Shown here: positions 62,421-64,000 of the stretch, in pieces
Numbering within the stretch: position 1 is the stretch's first letter
Layout of the letters: the number at the start of each line of letters is the position of its first letter
Source of the DNA: Isurus oxyrinchus
Lineage: Eukaryota
Length of the DNA: 64,000 nt
Assembly (NCBI GenBank): GCA_026770705.1
Contig: JANJGN010000153.1
Coordinates: 620,001-684,000, forward strand
Direction: 5' to 3'
Notes under the pieces: generated by a model
Told to the model about the DNA's origin: nothing
The model's input: the letters and a program-made list of their open reading frames with translations, nothing else
Database searches by the model: none
Made by a program: the position numbers and the translations under genes

Positions 62421-64000
62421 GGAAACCATTAGCCAACACTTTCAATTATTTCAAGGTGAATCTTGCATTGATTTGCACAGATTGTGGTATCGACAACATC
62501 AAGCTCGGTTTGCACTTGGTTATAACATTTATTGCAGGGTCCACCCAGTTACAAAACATTCCCTACAGAATAAATAAAATGTCATCACTGGAAACTCCCG
62601 TATGAGCGATGGAGCAAAAATAAGAAATCAGGTGACGTTCAGGTTAAATTGGCATCTCAGCTTTGATCACTCTCCAACAGTAAAGAAACCATTTCACGTT
62701 ATCAGAAACGTCGTTTGAGAACAAAGTCAACATCCATTTATACATCCAATGATGTTTTTATGCTCTCACCAGGTACACCAATAGCCGCGAGAATAGAATA
62801 GTAAATATCTTCAATCTGGCGAAGTCTCAGTTTTGCCATCTTTATGAGAAGGAGACTTTCCTGCTGAGATGGATACACAGCAAATAATAGAAGGTGTGAG
62901 TTGAAACATACAAATCTCGGTATCCTTTAAATACATTTCAGAAAGAAAAAGAAACACGGTAAACCCATCGGAGAGCCAGAAGGAGATACCACATTAGTTA
63001 AACACAGAATATCGGGTTAGAACTGGCACCATAGCATTCGGAACAGGGAACAGAGAAAAACTGCCACCTTTTGCGTGCATGACGTCCTTTTGTTAACATT
63101 GCAAACCCACAGGCGCTACCATCTAGCAAGAATAGAGCAACAGATATTTGCGAATGCAACCAGCTGGAAGTTACCCTCCAAACCACTCATCGCCCTGATT
63201 TGGAAATATGTCGCCGTTACCTCGCTGTCTCTGTGTCAAAGTGCTGAACATCCAAAACAACCTACTCCACACAGACTGCAGCAGCTGGAAAAGAGAGCTC
63301 ACCACGAAATTCTGAAGGACAATTGCGGAAAGGCAATAAATGCTGGCTTAGCTAACGTTGCCCATATCCCCTGAATGGAAGGAAAATCAGCAGTGTATAT
63401 TGTTTGCCTGAGAATATGTGAATCCACGTACATGGTGCCACGAGAGATTCTGCAACAGTTTTGTAAATGGTCAGCAAATGATGAAGCATAACAAATTTTA
63501 GTCACTGTGATAAGCACTAAGAAACTGCTGCTGAAGCAGTTATACTGAGCCTGCTGGAAATCATGAGATGATACTTTCAGAGAAACTCCTATTTATATAG
63601 CAGATAAATCTCCATTAACGCATTCATACTGCCTGAAGAAATAAATTTGTTTCAGTCATTCAACAAACAGATTCTTTCAGTCGCTCTCCTTATGAGAGAA
63701 AAAATTTCAAACTGAAACGCCAAAAAAAAGGAATTACGTCTGCTGTCAAGACAATTCCGGGGTATATATACCTGAGGAACAGGTGAATACTATAGGGGAT
63801 GGTGAACAATTGTCCCAGAAATTGATGCTGAGAAATAAACTTTTATCAATTTAGATGAAATATATATATGTAAATTAAAAGGCCTGAAGCGCCAGGGGAA
63901 GTAATGCGGAAAGCACAGTTGTTTGCCACCGTTTTCTGTTTCCGGGCCCACTCCAAGCCCAAACAGGGCACATGTGGGATGCTTGTCTGTGACAATCAAG

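Overview
Repeat-rich eukaryotic DNA, almost certainly from a cartilaginous fish (shark-type CR1 LINEs, tRNA-derived SINEs, Penelope elements); it is not prokaryotic, and most listed ORFs are spurious. The host-gene content is a tandem pair of two-exon, + strand class A GPCR genes of the GPR139/GPR142-like type. Copy A has exon 1 at 13536-13605 and a frameshifted exon 2 at ~33305-34180 and is a pseudogene. Copy B (43509-43683 + 46902-47779, 350 aa) is apparently intact. The copies share ~0.8 kb of intron sequence upstream of exon 2, indicating local duplication and birth-and-death evolution. The rest is decayed mobile DNA: a Penelope-like element, small Penelope-derived inverted insertions with hammerhead-like motifs, two Gmr1-type Gypsy remnants, two Harbinger elements, probable Academ, hAT and Dada-like transposase fossils, an env-like fragment, LINEs, SINEs, three minisatellites, long TG/CA/GA tracts and one 146-nt assembly gap. 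All family assignments come from motif recognition by eye, and repeat boundaries are approximate.
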